The position numbers and the translations under genes were made by a program. 64,000 bases of DNA from Eledone cirrhosa. Taxonomy: Eukaryota. The notes beneath the pieces are model-generated. The model was not told the origin of the DNA, did no database searches, and saw only the letters and a program-made list of their open reading frames with translations. The stretch lies in assembly GCA_964016885.1 (NCBI GenBank), contig OZ024757.1, forward strand, positions 36,208,001-36,272,000, given 5' to 3'. Of the stretch, positions 13,906 to 28,231 are shown piece by piece; within the stretch, counting starts at the first letter, position 1; every line of letters begins with the position of its first letter.

Positions 13906-14131
13906 ATTATAAATATAAGCTATCGCCGTATTTTGACTAAAAAAATTAAAGAAAATTATTTAGCCTGATAGTGGGGTTAAGAACCCTCGGAGAAATGGAA
14001 AAAGATGAGTATTGATGTACATCAATACTCATATTTTTCCATTTCTCCGAGGGTTCTAAACCCCACTATCAGGCTAAATAATTTTCTTTAATTTCTTTAG
14101 TCAAAATATGGCGATAGCTTATATTTATAAT
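13906..14131. repeat. 226-bp near-perfect spacerless palindrome
   Basis: Symmetry axis at GATGT|ACATC (14018/14019); the arms differ at only a few positions. Confidence 0.92.
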
Positions 14132-14168
14132 ATATATATATATGAGAGAGATAGGGAGACTGTGTGTC

Positions 14169-14317
14169 AGTTCCACAACAAATTAGCAAATCATAATCGA
14201 GAACATGTGTTTCACCCAAAGGATTCTTCAACTTGTATATAACCAACTATTCACAAGTTGAATTCTTCGGCTGAAACACGTGTTCTCAATTATGATTTGC
14301 TAATTCGTTGTGGAACT
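14169..14317. repeat. Fold-back element with a degenerate hammerhead motif (Penelope pLTR-like)
   Basis: Arms agttccacaacaaattagcaaatcataat and attatgatttgctaattcgttgtggaact. The minus strand reads TTGAAGA-atcc ttt gggt-GAAA-cacatg-TT. Confidence 0.65.
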
Positions 14318-14569
14318 AACTCATCCTTTGGACAGAATGCTCAACCAACTTCAGATATAAACTCCTGGGTTTTTTTAGGACTATATATATACATATCATC
14401 CTCATAAGTCTATTTTCTCTGCCAGAAAAGGTTACAGTGTGTACTGGGTGCAATTATTGTGTAGATCACCAGCACCATAAAGGCTGTCATGTCCTTGACA
14501 CAACTGAAGGATTCTTCTAACCCTTTCTTTGGCTGGATGCCCTTTGTGGGCTTGTAGGGAAGGGGGGAG

Positions 14570-14712
14570 GGTAGATTGTGGGTTTGTAGAGAAGGGGGTA
14601 GATTGTGGGTTTGTGGGGAAAGGGGGAAGATTGGGTGTGTAGGGAAGGGGGTAGATTGTGGGTTTGTAGGGAAGTGGGGTAGATTGTGGGTTTGTAGGGA
14701 AGGGGTGTAGAT
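14570..14712. repeat. G-rich ~27-bp tandem repeat
   Basis: gggtagattgtgggtttgtagggaagg, about 5 copies. Confidence 0.8.
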
Positions 14713-15076
14713 TACTAGACTGAGAAGAGAAAGACAAGCTGGCTATGTTGATTAGGTAAGAGGTAATATTTGCTGAAGGTGACACACAGACAGACCCAGT
14801 GAGTAACTGTTTCAACTGAACATGTCAGAGCTTATGTCACAATGGATGAGTCATTTCTTTATGCACACTTCCTCCTCTCACTCCTCTTCTCACACTTCCT
14901 CTCACTTTCTCTCATACTTCTTCCTCTCACTCCTCCTCTAACTCCCCTTTTCACTCCTCCTCATACACTACATACTGTTCTCAGACTTTCTTCCTCTCTC
15001 TCTCTCTCTCTTCTCCTCCTCCTCCTCCTCACAACACTGGGAAGGTAGCTGTTGCTGCTTTTGTCATAAAGTACAG

Positions 15077-15350
15077 CCGCCACCGTCACCAACATCACCA
15101 CCACCACCACTACCACCACCACCGTCACCAACATCACACCAGCACCACCGTCACCACCACCACCACCACCACCACCACCACCACCACCACCACCACCACT
15201 GTCACCAACATCACACCAGCACCACCGTCACCAACATCACCGTCACCAACATCACACCAGCACCACCATCACCATCATCACCACCACTGTCACCAGCACC
15301 ACCGTCACTACCACCACCGGCACCACTCACCCCCACCACCACCACCACCA
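15077..15350. repeat. (CAC)n-based low-complexity repeat
   Basis: Directly visible. Confidence 0.9.
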
Positions 15351-16896
15351 GAATTACTATTGCTACTATTTTGGGGTGTAATACATGTAGCTGTGGGCTT
15401 ATCACCAGATTTGTCTCATACACCTCCAACTATAAGTGACCAACAAAAGTAATTTACACTGGGTGTACAGTGAGTGAATGAACGTTTCGGTGGTTGTCAC
15501 TCATTCATATATATATATATAGATATATATATAATCATCATCATCATCGTTTAACGTCCATATTCCACGCTTGCATGGGTTTGGACGGGAGTTTTCCCAC
15601 TTGAGGCAAGAGTGGTTGTCTTGCTCGCATAGGACTGTCTGGCGGGTTTTCTACAGCTGGATGCCCTTCCTAACACCAACCACATTTACATATATATATA
15701 TGCCACATGAAGACGCATGGCTTAGTAGTTAGAGCATTGGGCTTGCAATCGGAAGGTTGTGAGTTCAATTCTCGGACCGGGTGATGTGTTGTTTCCTTGA
15801 GCAAGACATTTTATTTCACATTTTATTTCACATCCAGTTTACTCAGCTGTAGAAATGAGATGATAGGACCAGGGTCCCCCCTATCATTAAATCACCCAAG
15901 ACACCTCCAACAAGATATACCTGGGAGGAGGCCAGCTAAACCTGCATAGGTGTGAGCTGTAACAACAACAACATATATATCATCATCATCATCATCATCA
16001 TCGTTTAACATCTACCTTCCACGTTAGCATGGGTTTAAATGGGAATTGTCCCACTTGAGGCAAGATTGGTCGGGTGACCAAGTCTCACTCGTATAGGACT
16101 GTCTGGCAGGTTTTCTACGGCTGGATGCCCTTCCTAACACTAACCACATTTACAGTGTGGAACTGGGAACTTTTTACCGTGTTACCTACACAGCCACATT
16201 ACAGTGTGGACTGTGTTTTTGTTGTGACACCTACACGACCTCATTTATTTAGGACTGGATGTTGTGGTACCAACATAACTTTACAGAGAAAGGGTGGTGT
16301 TGGTTGGAGTAGGGGTCGTGGGTTGGGGTGTATATTTGATTAAGAGGTGCCTACTGACTGTAGGTTTCGCTTTGAACACAGGCAAGGCGTGTCTTCTGTA
16401 TTACTGCGTGGTGCCAAAGATCTCGGTCCAGTGACTTTGTCTTAGAGAGGTGCAAGGTCGGAATTTATCAAATCATCCCAGGTTTTTCTGGGTCTACCTA
16501 CTCCATAACTTAAAGAGAATCCTTTGAGGTATTTGTTTTGGTTCTCTATGCTCTGAGTTCTTGCCTTTCATCCATTTCAGGTTGATAAAATAACCAATCC
16601 AGTACTGGCTTTCATTCTTTCTCTTTGTTTCTTACTTCCTCTCTCTTTCTTACTTCCACTTTCTTGTTACCTCCCTTTCTCTGGAAGAAATCAGAAGTGC
16701 TTTGACATGGAGAAAGATGCTCTCTACCAGGTTTACAATGCCAAAAAACATGTTGTGTATGAGTACAGCATCCCTTCTACTTAATCAAGAGTTAAGGGCT
16801 TGTACAATCTTAAAAAGAGCCACCTGCAAATCTTTGCATTTGCTTCTGTATTTCTATTCCTCATTTTCAAACTATTTCTCTGTTTGTGTTTGGCAG

Positions 16897-17138
16897 GTAC
16901 TGTGAGAAAGGAAAAGGAACGGGAGAGAGAAGAAAGGGTGAGAGTTGCAAGGGAGAAGTTAGCTGATGAACGAAAAAAGAAGATTGAAGAATTGAAGGAA
17001 CAGCAGCGTTTGGCACAGGAACACCGTGAAAGACAGCAAGAGTTGAGGCGCCGGAAAATTGACGAGCTACGTCGCAGGGAAGAAGAGAGAAGAGCTGCCG
17101 TGGAAGAACGGCGTCGCAAACAGGAAGAAGACCAGCGG
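16897..17138 (+). CDS. MAP7: MAP7/ensconsin-like gene, internal exon A: charged coiled-coil N-terminal microtubule-binding region (phase 1 in, phase 0 out)
   Basis: Acceptor tttgtgtttggcag|GT, donor CGG|gtgagt. Translates GTVRKEKEREREERVRVAREKLADERKKKIEELKEQQRLAQEHRERQQELRRRKIDELRRREEERRAAVEERRRKQEEDQR; ERRAAVEE-RR is characteristic of the MAP7 family. Confidence 0.85.
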
Positions 17139-17151
17139 GTGAGTACCAAGG

Positions 17152-17220
<69 letters not shown>

Positions 17221-17239
17221 AGTGGGTAAAATTTCTGAG

Positions 17240-17450
17240 ATCCATGGACTAATTCTCTCCAGCGGTCTCTGACCCTCATTATCACTGCCATGTCCTGCGT
17301 CTCCAAGAGACGAGTGTCTGTCCTTAGGGCATCAACATGTGTTAACTTTGGTCTTCCTCTTCCAGTGTGTCCATGCAGGGGCTCCCACAGGAGCACTGAG
17401 TGCTGTGTCAACTCTGGATGTCGGTGAGCATGTCCAGCTAACCCCAGTAG
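17240..17450 (-). mobile_element. RTE/RTE-X LINE C-terminal fragment
   Basis: VLLWEPLHGHTGRGRPKLTHVDALRTDT...MRVRDRWRELV. Confidence 0.7.
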
Positions 17451-19029
17451 AATGTGCCCGTCTCTCTTTCCCTTTCATATATTTCTAATTCTCTTAGGTC
17501 ACTTAAGAACATGCTATCACCTTGACGACCTTCAAAGTCATCAGGGTCATATTTCTGTATTTTTTAAATATATATTTTACTGTTTATTGGGGCAGAGAAG
17601 AGTAGTGCCGTTGAACTTTTTCAAATCTTCTGAGATTGGTGTGAAGGAGGAGCAGTGCCCCTGATAGTAAAACTGGAGGGGGGAAGAAGATTGTCCTCAA
17701 ATTGGAGACCCACTGAGATAACTTCACTAAAAGCAACTAAAGGCCAGGTGCTAGTGTTAAAGCGGAAGATGGATTAAGTTCTGCTTTTTACATTATACAG
17801 CCTGTGGAATCAAAGAACTTCATGCTGTAGATGTGTAGATTTTCAGTTGTGCTAAAGATATGACAACCTTCTTACTATTGGTGATCTACACAAATAATAC
17901 ACCTGGTACACTCTGTAAAGTGGTTTGTAATTGGAAGGGCATTCAGTCATAGAAAACTTGCCAAACAAAGGGTCAGGAGGACTCTTCGTCTGTATCAGAA
18001 ACACATCTTCCCTGGTGTTGCTGACACAATTTAAAATACTCCCAATAGAATGCTGAAGCATATGTAAGCAAGATGCAGGGCCCTCTACCTGCCCAATTAC
18101 TCTGCAAAGTGCAGGAATGTAAGCAAGCAAGATGCAGGCTCCTGGCTCACCTGAGAGATCCGTGACTCTGTCTGGTTTGTGATAACCCAGCCAACCTTTG
18201 CTATCGGGAAAGATAGACGTTTGATTCGTGGTGTTAAGCTGGTTAAGATTTGCTTATCTTCAAATTCAGACTTGTCATTTCAACCTCAGTAGCTGGTCCC
18301 TGTGTTGGATCTACTTAAGGTAATCCCTCTTCTCCTATGCATTTAACACATTCATTAAGTTTTCATAACATTTTCAAAATAACTTCATAAATGTTCTTAC
18401 ATAAAATTATGATGAAAGGATTTTATATAAATATAAACTTAACTGTTTTGTTACTGTATTTATGATAAAAGACACTGCCTATGACTTTCAAATTATTTTT
18501 GAAAATAATCAATAATTTGGAGGGATTTAGTAATATAACTAACTTTCTGTTTATTAATGCTTTAGCATTTACATTACCCTATATATACTATTGTATTTTT
18601 GTAGTAAAGTCTTTACCTCACATAATTTCGAATTTTTGATATTTATTTTGAGAGCAATACCTTAACATAAGTATGAGTGGCCAGTTGCAGCCAGTTTGAA
18701 CAGAAAGAGGTGAGAGAATTCTGGCCGGATATGGCCAGTTTGAATGCTAAAGGGTTAACAAAATTTTCTTACATAAAATTATGATGTATGTTTTTTGATA
18801 AATATAAACACTTTAAAACAAATAGTTTAGTATCATAGAGCAAGGAATGGTGGTCTTGGTTGGATTGCTATCAAACGGGTTGAGTCATTTCATTACTAAC
18901 TGTGGAAAACGTTTCACAAATAGCTGCTTGTGTCAAAAGGGATATCCATATTGTGTCTTTGGTTCCTTAATTGGAGAATGAGACAAAGGAAGTGAGAAAG
19001 ATATAGAGGAAGAATCAATTCACTCACCA

Positions 19030-19500
19030 GAAGAAGGGAGCAAAATTGGCTATTTTCAATTTGTTTACCGTACCAACTCTTACCTACGGTCATGAATTTT
19101 TGGTAATGACCAAAAGAATACCATCATGAATACAAGCAGCTGAAATTAGGTTTCTCCAAAGGGTCTTTGAAGTAACCTTACTCAATCGAGTGCATAGAGA
19201 GTCACTTCAGGTAGAGCTGCTACTTCTCCAAAGTGAGAGATCACAGCACTGATACTATGGGCATGTGGTCAGAATGTCTTAGGAAAGAATCGCTGGACAG
19301 ATTTTACAAGCAAAAACCAACCAACAAGAGACCCAGGGGTAGACCCCAAGCAAGATGGTTGGATAACATCCATGAGCTTGGCTTGTCTTGCTTGGGGATC
19401 CAGCCGGATCAGTTGGAGATGGTTGCTGCTGACAGGACCCGCTGGAAGGAGTGTTTTAGGACTCTGCCTCCACGATCCTCTCAGGAATAAGTGGGAAAAG
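19030..19500 (+). mobile_element. RTE LINE 3' fragment (second family)
   Basis: PTLTYGHEF...YGHVVRM...PTNKRPRGRPQARWLDNIH...AADRTRWKE; a homologous minus-strand copy lies at about 22300-22750. Confidence 0.8.
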
Positions 19501-19665
19501 AATAAGAAAGACCTCGATTAGATGAAAGGCAAAGTTTGTCTTACTGGGATTTGAACCCTGAGCCAATTTGCTGCCTTCAGAAAGGAAATAGAGACTAGCA
19601 AACTTTTTCCTCTTTTTCTGCCAGCCTTCTTCTCTCTAAACTCTATTTTGTTTTTTGTTTTCCAG

Positions 19666-19951
19666 ATCCGAAGAGAAGCCATTTTGCAAAGAGCACAAGA
19701 ACGAGTTGCCCGCTACGAACAGTGGAAACAATCAGGCCGACATAGAGGTGGGCGCGTTTACGGCTTTGGTAGCCGCACACCACGTGAAATATGTTTGCCT
19801 TTAGACCGCAAGAGATCATCTTCTCATAGTACGCTTCTGCGATGCTCAGCCAATGACTCTGACTCGGATACATATGTCCGACCACAGCGTCGTGCAGTCT
19901 CTGCCTGCAGTATGGTCAGACGGCACTGTTGTGTTGATGTTAAAACATCTG
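19666..19951 (+). CDS. MAP7: MAP7/ensconsin-like gene, internal exon B (phase 0 in, phase 1 out)
   Basis: Acceptor ttttttgttttccag|ATC, donor TCTG|gtaggt. IRREAILQRAQERVARYEQWKQ...YGFGSRTPREIC...RSSSHSTL continues exon A in frame; FGSxTPR resembles invertebrate ensconsin. Confidence 0.85.
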
Positions 19952-21338
19952 GTAGGTTAACCTAACCCTTCTAATTTTCTAACCAATTAACCCAGAAGAT
20001 GTTACTCTGGTAAATATGTATCCAGCCGATCTACAAGGTTCTCTCTCTCTCTCTCCTGATATCATCTTGCTACTGCTTCTCATTGTTTTCGATCTCTCTC
20101 TAATGTTACTGTTGCAGTTTCTTTCTCGATGGTCAGTTGTTGTTTTATATTTAGTCATTTTGTGTTTGTTGCTGCTGCCTTTTTCATTTTCATACTACAG
20201 TGGTTCCCCCATCTTACACAGTCAATCCCCACCCGCCCCATTTTACATGGTTAATTCTGTCCTCAAACCATTTCCAGCGTTATCTTAAAAGATACAATAT
20301 AATTAGACCGTGGCCATGCTGGGCAGTCTTGAAAAAAATTTCAGTCATTAGATTGTGGCCATGCTGGAGCATAATCTTAAAAGAGATTTCAGTCATTAGA
20401 CTGTGGCAATGTTGGGGCACAGTCTTTATTTAATCAATCATATTGACCCCCAATATATATTTTTTTTCAATTCTGGTATATATTTTATCAACCTTTATTG
20501 TATTAAACTGATAAGTCTGGGACATAAACGGAGTGACAGATACAAATGTAAGCCAAGATATGGAAACACCCATAAGCCCCAGGTGACAGGGTTCTGTAGT
20601 TTTTGTCTACCAAGTTCTACTGACAAGACATTGGTCACCCTAACAAGGGTGAAGAGATCTGAGGGGCCACACAACAAGACTGAACCCAGAAGCAATGATT
20701 TTGAAGAAGACATAACACTAGGTTCTCTGGGAGGGTTGGGAAAACTCAGGTATAAGACAACAGCTATAGGCACCACGTTTAGATTAGATCTTGTGGCTTC
20801 ATGTGGAACAGGATGTTTAGATTTTTTTTCAGCTTTTCTTATTGTGAATGTTTAAAAAATATGTGTAAGATGTGGGCCCATTGTAGTTTTGAAATATTTC
20901 TTGATTTTCTATAGAGAGAAAAAAAAGACAGGTTGGTCATAGTTGATGGTCTTTCATGATAAGTGTGTTTACTCAAGCCTCAGTTAAACAACTCCTAAAG
21001 GTTGTCGGGGTAATTTTTCCCAAATTTTCTTGAAATTGTGATCTTGAATTATATTTTTGATGTTTCTTCTTTTCATGGATATTTCAGGTTTTGTCTGACT
21101 GGAATTCCTGGATAATTTCACTTAAATACTGTTGATGTTTTTAGAAAGACACTCATTTTCTCTTCTTCATATATATTTTTTTCATGTAGAAATGACTTCT
21201 GCACAGCTAGAATTGTTTTCTTCATTTGAAATCATTAGAGGAAACAGTTCTAATTTTGTAGAAGTCATTTCTGTATGAACTAAAAATGGACCACATTGAA
21301 CTGTGGTTACTTACCATTCCTCTTTGGAAAACTATTCT

Positions 21339-21384
<46 letters not shown>

Positions 21385-22299
21385 GTGTGTGTGTGTGAGG
21401 TGAAAAGATCTGTGGGAAGGAAAAAGTAAAAAAAGTCCTCTATCTAGTGCAAGAGAACTAATTTATTATTATGATTTGTACATGTAATATGTATTATGCT
21501 ACCTTAGGTTTCAAGGCCTTGGCTTGGCAGTAACTGCTAACTGTACAGGGCAATGCAGAATGCATGAAGTAGAGGTGGAAGACTTATGCCTATGTTATGA
21601 CACAGGCCTAGCACAATACATGATATATTAATGAATCAATAAAATATAATAATAATAAATTACTATTGTTGGCAGCAGGCTAGCCATTTCATGGCATATA
21701 ATTATGGCCCTTTACATTTCAAGCTCAAATCCTGCCGAGGTTAACTTTGCTGCTTTTCATCCTTATGGGGTCGAGAAAATAAAGCACCAGTAACATACTG
21801 GGGTCGATTTAATCAACTTTCCCCTCCCCTCAAATTACTGGCCTTGTGCCTATACAAGAAATCATTATTATTGTAGTTGTTGTTAATTTATTACAAACTG
21901 AAGAACAACAGGTTTGGTGACATATCCAGCTGCAACTGAAGGGTGGGAGGTTAACTGTGACAAATGGACATCTTGTATACTCAGTTGCTTAACATTAATG
22001 AAACTTGTGTGATTGAGGCATATTGTAACTTTTAACACTAATATATGTACCAGTTATACACTGTGATGTAAAAAGAAAAAAAAAACAGGTTTTGTGACAA
22101 TACAACAATCATCATCATCATAATCATCACCATCAACACCAGCAAATGAGTCTTGAGGCTTCATTTGAAAAGCCAGTTAAGCAGGATTTATACAGTTCAT
22201 GGTTGTTCCACTGACTGAATGTCTCTAACGTACATGTTTAGATTGAATCTGAAATACATCTCTCACTCTACCCCTATTGACTGATGTAGCCTTCTTTCG

Positions 22300-22750
22300 C
22301 TTCTTCTACTCCCACTTCTCCCAGGGAGGGTTGTGAGGGGCAGATTCTCACTCTTTCCAGCAGGTCCTGTCAGAAGCAATTGATCTAGCAACTGATCTAG
22401 CTGGATCCCCAAGCGAGACCAGCCAACTTATGGATGTTATCTAAACAGTCTTGCTCAGGGTCTACCCTTGGGTCTCCTGCCAGTTAGTTTTGCCCGTAAA
22501 ATCTGTCCAGTGATTCTTTCCTGAGATATTCTAACCACATGCCCATAGTATCCGAGCTGTGATCTCTCAATTCGGAGAAGTAGTGGCTCTACTTGAAGTG
22601 ACTTTCTGATCTCCAAGTAATGTTATTCCAAAAACCCTTTGGAAGAACCCCATTTAAATTCTTTCCTGAAACATTCTAACAACATGTCCGTAATATCAGA
22701 ACTCTGATCTCTTAATTCAGGAAGTAGTGGCTCTCTCTGGAGGGACTCGA
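22300..22750 (-). mobile_element. RTE LINE 3' fragment, same family as 19030-19500, with a partial duplication
   Basis: Reverse complement matches ggatccagc..gatcagttg..tgacaggacc.gctggaa and aggagacccaagggtagaccc. Confidence 0.75.
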
Positions 22751-22864
22751 TACAGTCGTTCATCCACAATACATCTTCCACCCCAACCTCTATGTATAAT
22801 TGACTGATATGGTCATTTGTCCATTGGTAGTCGATAAAGTCCATCACTTTAGCTACTTGAGTGC

Positions 22865-24200
22865 TTGCATTTTATCATGACACCAGTACTACTACTTTAC
22901 AGAGTGTACTGGGTGTATTTTATCATGGCACTAGCACTACCACTTTACAGAGTGTACTGGGTGTATTTTATCATGATACCAGTACTACTACTTTACAGAG
23001 TGTACTGGGTGTATTTTATCATCGCACTAGCACTATCACTTTACAGAGTGTACTGGGTGTATTTTATCATGACACCAGTACTACTACTTTACAGAGTGTA
23101 CTGGGTGTATTTTATCATGACACCAGTACTACCACTTTACAGAGTGTACTGGGTGTATTTTAACATGGAACCAGTACTACCACTTTACAGAGTGTACTGG
23201 GTGCATTTTATCATGGCACCAGCACTACCACGAGGGTACTGGGTGTATTTTATCATGGCACCAGCACTACTACTTTACAGAGTGTACTGGGTGTATTTTA
23301 ACATGGAACCAGCACTACCACTTTACAGAGTGTACTGGGTGTATTTTATCATGGAACCAGCACTACCACTTTACAGAGTGTACTGGGTGTATTTTATCAT
23401 GACACCAGTACTACTACTTTACAGAGTGTACTGGGTGTATTTTATCATGGCACCAGTACTACTACTTTACAGAGTGTACTGGGTGTATTTTATCATGGCA
23501 CCAGCACTACCACTTTACAGAGTGTACTGGGTGTATTTTATCATGGCACCAGCACTACCACTTTACAGAGTGTACTGGGTGTATTTTATCATGGCACCAG
23601 CACTACCACTTTAGAGTGTACTGGGTGTATTTTAACATGGAACCAGCACTACCACTTTACAGAGTGTACTGGGTGTATTTTATCATGACACCAGTACTAT
23701 CACTTTACAGAGTGTACTGGGTGTATTTTATCATGGAACCAGCACTACCACTTTACAGAGTGTACTGGGTGTATTTTATCATGGAACCAGCACTACCACG
23801 AGTGTACTGTGTGTATTTTAACATGGAACCAGCACTACCACGAGTGTACTGTGTGTATTTTAACATGGAACCAGCACTACCACTTTACAGAGTGTACTGG
23901 GTGTATTTTAACATGGCACCAGCACTACCACTTTACAGAGTGTACTGGGTGTATTTTAACATGGAACCAGCACTACCACTTTACAGAGTGTACTGGGTGT
24001 ATTTTAACATGACACCAGCACTACCACTTTACAGAGTGTACTGGGTGTATTTTAACATGGCACCAGCACTACCACTTTACAGAGTGTACTGGGTGTATTT
24101 TAACATGGAACCAGCACTACCACTTTACAGAGTGTACTGGGTGTATTTTAACACGACACCAGCACTACCACTTTACAGAGTGTACTAGGTGTATTTTATC
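22865..24200. repeat. Minisatellite, 48-bp unit, about 28 copies, derived from the SINE/RTE 3'UTR
   Basis: Unit cactttacagagtgtactgggtgtattttatcatggcaccagcactac; homologous to the SINE segment cactttacagtgtgggctgggtgctttttgccatggcacc. Confidence 0.93.
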
Positions 24201-26661
24201 ATTCTGCACTAAGACGAGAGTCAAGGGCCTTGGAAGCTCTTCGATGTATACCTAGTCCTCCTATGATGGGGACAACTTTGATCTCATGACAGTCACAAAT
24301 CCTTTTCATTTTCCACTTTAGATATTTTATTATTATTGGTCCCTATTGTTAGTGCCCCCCACCGACTCCCTACTTGATCTGATTAGGTTTTCTTTTATAA
24401 AATGCCTCTTGTTTCTAGTAATTTCATTAGTAAATCAGATATTTTGTTCTATTTTAATTGCTCCTAATATTCCAGTTATGGTAACCAGCCCTAAACTACC
24501 TTCTGCAGGTCCATTCCATGCAGTATCCAGCCCTAAACTACCTTCTGCAGGTTCCTTCCACACTTGTATTTGTAGATCCTGTATTGTGATTATCTTGTTT
24601 TTATATTGTTATTACTATTGTACTCTAGTCATTAACTCTTTTGTTATCAATTCCACCCAAAAGCACCTCTTGTTCTATGACACAAAACTGCTGGTTTTAA
24701 AATGTTTTGATCTAAAATCTCCCCATTGTAATTTTATGTAAAACACTCTAAATTGTGTTCCAAATACCAACTTGATAATGAATAAGTTAGTTATATTAAT
24801 AAATCCCTCCAAATTCTTATTTTGAAAATTACCGAATATATGAATACAAGCCCCCTATTTTATGCCTGAGAAATGGGTAAAAATCCAAACCCTGTTTATA
24901 ATGCAAGGCAGCTAATCCACACATTATGTTTAGATGTGGTTTCGAATCTTCACTGGTAAAACATAGGAGTATTCCGTTACGAATCAAGAATTTTTTTAAT
25001 GATTTAGTAACTAATTTTCTCAGTTTTAAGCTGGTGTTTGAGACATCATCATCATCGTTTAACATCTATCTTCCATGCTAGCATGGGTTAGATTGGAATT
25101 GTCCCACTTGAGGTAAAATTGGTCGGGTGACCTTGTCTTGATCGTATAGGGCTATCTGGCAGGTTTTCTATGGTTGGATGCCCTTCGTAGCACCAACCAC
25201 ATTTACAGTGTGGACTGGGAACTTTTTACCATGTTACCTACATGACCACATTACAGCGTGGACTGTTTTTTTTCTTCTTCCTTTTCATTTTTTTTTTAAC
25301 CTTACATAAAATTAGAATGGAAGGCTTAAATTTAAATATGAACACTTTAATACAAATGACTGTATGATAGAGCCAGGGGTAGTTTCAGGCAGTTTGATAT
25401 GAAAAAGGTTATCAATTTGGTAAATGAGAATTTAGTAATTTTGCTAAACCTTTCAATTCTTGATTTTCAAAAATGACAGGAAACAAACACAGGCAATACT
25501 AGAAATCAACTTTCCATACTGCCATGGTTTTGATAGGGAGACTAGATGGCTTGGAAAACCACATCTTCTTCATATATTAGATATTGTGGCATGGTTTCTG
25601 CTGATGGATGTCCTTTCTAATACCAACCATTTGGCAGAAGGTATTGAGTGCATTTTATCATAGCATCAACATTACCACTTTACAGAGTGTACTAGGTACA
25701 TTTTATCATGTCCACAGCATTACCACTTTACTGAGCGTACTGGGTGTATTTTATCATGGCCCTAGCATTACTACTTTACAGAGTGTACTGTGTGTATTTT
25801 ATGATGGGCCCCATCACTAAGGATGTCGTCATATACTCTTCAAGAATAAACAGTCTTCTCTACCATGTCTCTTTTGAATCACCCACAATATGGTCACAAA
25901 GGGTTGAAGTTATAGCCCACTACAAAGATTGAAACGATGTTCATTGTTTTCCCCGTTGCGTTTGCAGTTGTGCTTTAGGATCAGAGAGTTTCATCTCAGT
26001 TATTGTTTTGTATTTTGTTCAGCTTCCTTTCCTAGATATTTCTACACCGCTCCTGTTGATAAATTATTTTATTGCATGGCTGATTTTATTGCCAATGTTT
26101 ATACTAACATGTTTTGATTATTCAGTTGGGAATATATTTCACTCTGGTAACATGTTAATACCAAAACCTATTTATATTTGTTTTAATTAAATATTAATTA
26201 TGTTAATGTGACTTAATGATGAAGTAATTAGAGATGTAGAATATGTCATGATAAAACTACAAATAGAAGATATTGGATGGAAAAGAAAGGAGATGATCAT
26301 CAGATCAGACCAAGGAAACAATGTGTCCATTGGTCTTTCCATTGCTGACACTATCTGCCAGTCACAGCTCCTGGCAAACACTTCAGAAATATTTTGATGG
26401 CATGAGGCAGGATTTAAACTCCAAACCTGCAGGGCTAGATTTTGTTGCAAAATTCTCTTTAAAATTGTCTTTATTATCTTTTCAGAATATATATATTTTG
26501 TTTGTGTCAGGTTTTGTTCTTTTCTCTGAATCACGACCCTCGCTTCTCGAATAAGTCTAAATTCTAGATTTTGTTCTTCCTAAATACAAAGCTTTTAGTT
26601 CACATTGCTTCAATCCACTCACATGGAAATAAATATCGTCATCAGCTGAAGTGTGAAGCAA

Positions 26662-27710
26662 TGAACTTTTCAACTGACTACTGTCATGTAGTGTCAGTGA
26701 GACAGTGAACCTTTCAACTGACTACTGTCATGTAGTGTCAGTGAGACAGTGAACCTTTCAACTGACTACTGTCATGTAGTGTCAGTGAGACAGTGAACCT
26801 TTCAACTGACTACTGTCATGTAGTGTCAGTGAGACAGTGAACCTTTCAACTGACTACTGTCATGTAGTGTCAGTGAGACAGTGAACCTTTCAACTGACTA
26901 CTGTCATGTAGTGTCAGTGAGACAGTGAACTTTTCAACTGACTACTGTCATGTAGTGTCAGTGAGACAGTGAACCTTTCAACTGACTGCTGTCATGTAGT
27001 GTCAATGAGACAGTGAACCTTTCAACTGACTACTGTCATGTAGTGTCAGTGAGACAGTGAACCTTTCAACTGACTACTGTCATGTAGTGTCAGTGAGACA
27101 GTGAACCTTTCAACTGACTACTGTCATGTAGTGTCAGTGAGACAGTGAACCTTTCAACTGACTGCTGTCATGTAGTGTCAATGAGACAGTGAACCTTTCA
27201 ACTGACTACTGTCATGTAGTGTCAGTGAGACAGTGAACCTTTCAACTGACTACTGTCATGTAGTGTCAGTGAGACAGTGAACCTTTCAACTGACTACTGT
27301 CATGTAGTGTCAGTGAGACAGTGAACCTTTCAACTGACTACTGTCATGTAGTGTCAGTGAGACAGTGAACCTTTCAACTGACTACTGTCATGTAGTGTCA
27401 GTGAGACAGTGAACCTTTCAACTGACTACTGTCATGTAGTGTCAGTGAGACAGTGAACCTTTCAACTGACTACTGTCATGTAGTGTCAGTGAGACAGTGA
27501 ACCTTTCAACTGACTGCTGTCATGTAGTGTCAATGAGACAGTGAACCTTTCAACTGACTACTGTCATGTAGTGTCAGTGAGACAGTGAACCTTTCAACTG
27601 ACTGCTGTCATGTAGTGTCAATGAGACAGTGAACCTTTCAACTGACTACTGTCATGTAGTGTCAGTGAGACAGTGAACCTTTCAACTGACTACTGTCATG
27701 TAGTGTCAGT
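26662..27710. repeat. Minisatellite, 44-bp unit, about 24 copies
   Basis: Unit gacagtgaacctttcaactgactactgtcatgtagtgtcagtga; internal imperfect hairpin ctgactac...gtagtgtcag. Confidence 0.96.
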
Positions 27711-27945
27711 TTTGTATAATAGAAACAGGGGTTGGTTTTAGACAGTTTGTATCGAAAAGGTTAGGGAGTCTCGGGCATAAAACATACCATTGACACCATG
27801 AAATACACATGTATGATTTTGTTATAGTAACCAATCTTTGTATTAACTAGACTACTTCGTTCCATTCAATGGCTGGGGAAAAATTCGAAAGACCATTCTC
27901 CTAGAGGTTAACTTAATAGAGATAACCACAATAAATTATTTAGAG

Positions 27946-28231
27946 GAGCAGTCCCCAACCACTGAATCGTTTGGTACTGAGCCACTAAGAACCCCTTCAC
28001 TATTTACGAACAGTTGATCCTACCTGCCACTAACGATATTTGCTGTGAAGTTTTAGGAAAAGCTATAGTTAAAAAGGTAGCAATGGTTCCTCTTTTGGCT
28101 ATGACCATAACTAGTGGAATTGATGAAATAGTGGAGGACATTGAAACGGAGAGGATTAATAAGTTATTGGTCTGTGGAGAAATTGTCTTGTATGACACTG
28201 GTCCGTGATGCAAATAAGTTGGGGACTGCTG
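27946..28231 (+). mobile_element. Internally deleted hAT (Buster/Charlie-like) transposon
   Basis: TIRs (g)AGCAGTCCCCAAC / GTTGGGGACTGCTG; degenerate 8-bp TSD ATTTAGAG/ATTTAAGG; LILPATNDICCEVLGKAIVKKVAMVPL...IDEIVEDIE resembles ZBED5/SCAND3-type transposases. Confidence 0.8.

Noticed and set aside
15211-15429. Gly/Val-rich minus-strand ORF
   Set aside because: Translation of a (CAC)n low-complexity repeat.
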